Under the pieces are notes generated by a model that saw nothing but the letters and a program-made list of their open reading frames with translations, did no database searches and was not told the DNA's origin. The position numbers and the translations under genes are program-made. A DNA stretch of 64,000 nucleotides from an uncultured delta proteobacterium (GTDB lineage: Bacteria; Myxococcota_A; Polyangia; Polyangiales; B10-G4). Below are positions 63,401 to 64,000 of the stretch, one piece after another; within the stretch, counting starts at the first letter, position 1; each line of letters opens with the position of its first letter. The stretch covers positions 224,001 to 288,000 of the forward strand of contig CAVSGI010000014.1 of the NCBI GenBank assembly GCA_963727445.1, read 5' to 3'.

Positions 63401-64000
63401 CCACCTTCGATCCTGGTGCGCTCTGCGTCGGCCGCGAGGGTGAGCTGCTCCCCGGCTGCACGCCGGCGGTAGACCACCAGTCCTCCTCCGACCAGGGCGC
63501 GTCCGTCGGGCAGGAGCGGTCGCGCGCGCACCCAGACCTCGCGGCTCGCGGCGGCTGGGGGCTCGAGGCGGACGCGGTCTTCGTTCGCGGCGACGACCGT
63601 GGACGCGATCGGCACGAAAGCGTCGTCCCTCCTGACGAGCGCCGTCACTTCGACGGGGAACGCCCGCACGGCGCGCCGGCGTTCGATGCGCGCTTGGATG
63701 GGCCCCTCGAAGAGCGTGCTGTCCGTGGCGAGACGTATCTGTGCGTCGGGCGCCACCGCCAGGCAGAGCTCGTGACGCGCGCCATCCACCACCAGAGCCG
63801 CAGCCGTCGCCGTCGGCCCACCACAGGAATCCGGGGACGCGAAGGTGCTCGCCAAAAGGGTGGTGCCCTCGAAGGTCGCTACCCCGTCGCGGTCCGTCGT
63901 CGCCGGGATCGACCCGCCCAGACGAGGCGCCTCGAGGCTCACCTGGTGGTTCGCGACGGGCGCGCCATCGGGCATCACCACGCGCACGTGTACGCGCGCC
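60495..64000 (-). CDS. Divergent alpha-2-macroglobulin-like protein with an internal GspG/T2SSG-like segment; 5' end beyond the window; frameshift near 61885
   Basis: TTDRDGVATF (MG-like), LPTAMRPGERLVLPVRL...VVPEG, Ala-rich helical region, PIVELTLPGAA near the C-terminus; DGWGTPL...LVSAGPDGRIGSGDD. Confidence 0.55.

Overview
High-GC (roughly 70% by eye) chromosomal segment of a myxobacterium (Myxococcota, probably Polyangiales/Sandaracinaceae-like), judged from a MYXO-CTERM sorting tail, myxococcal Cys-rich repeats, many D-A-G-linker lipoproteins and several eukaryote-type Ser/Thr kinases. About 50 CDS are supported. They include hutU-hutI, a ParA with tandem N-terminal Cys-knuckles plus an RHH partner, SMUG1-type UDG, a BPI/LBP-like MYXO-CTERM protein coupled to a FadL-like porin, three tandem modular lipoproteins, parC/parE preceded by a degenerate-GGDEF/pseudokinase/kinase/TPR module, LysM-M23, DksA/TraR, an SCPx thiolase plus an MFE-2-like enzyme with three SCP2 domains, rtcB, FIST plus hybrid kinase, penicillin acylase, a tandem-Tudor lipoprotein, DPP III and an alpha-2-macroglobulin-like gene running off the right end. 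Many genes, including parC/parE, carry single-base frameshifts, most likely sequencing or assembly indels. No rRNA, tRNA, CRISPR or transposase is visible. Three non-coding elements stand out: a 7-copy direct/inverted 28-bp repeat cluster (28.3-28.9 kb), a multi-stem switch-like RNA candidate downstream of rtcB (46.5-46.7 kb) and a 186-bp Y-shaped palindrome (55.9-56.1 kb). All family calls come from motif recognition by eye; no database searches were run.
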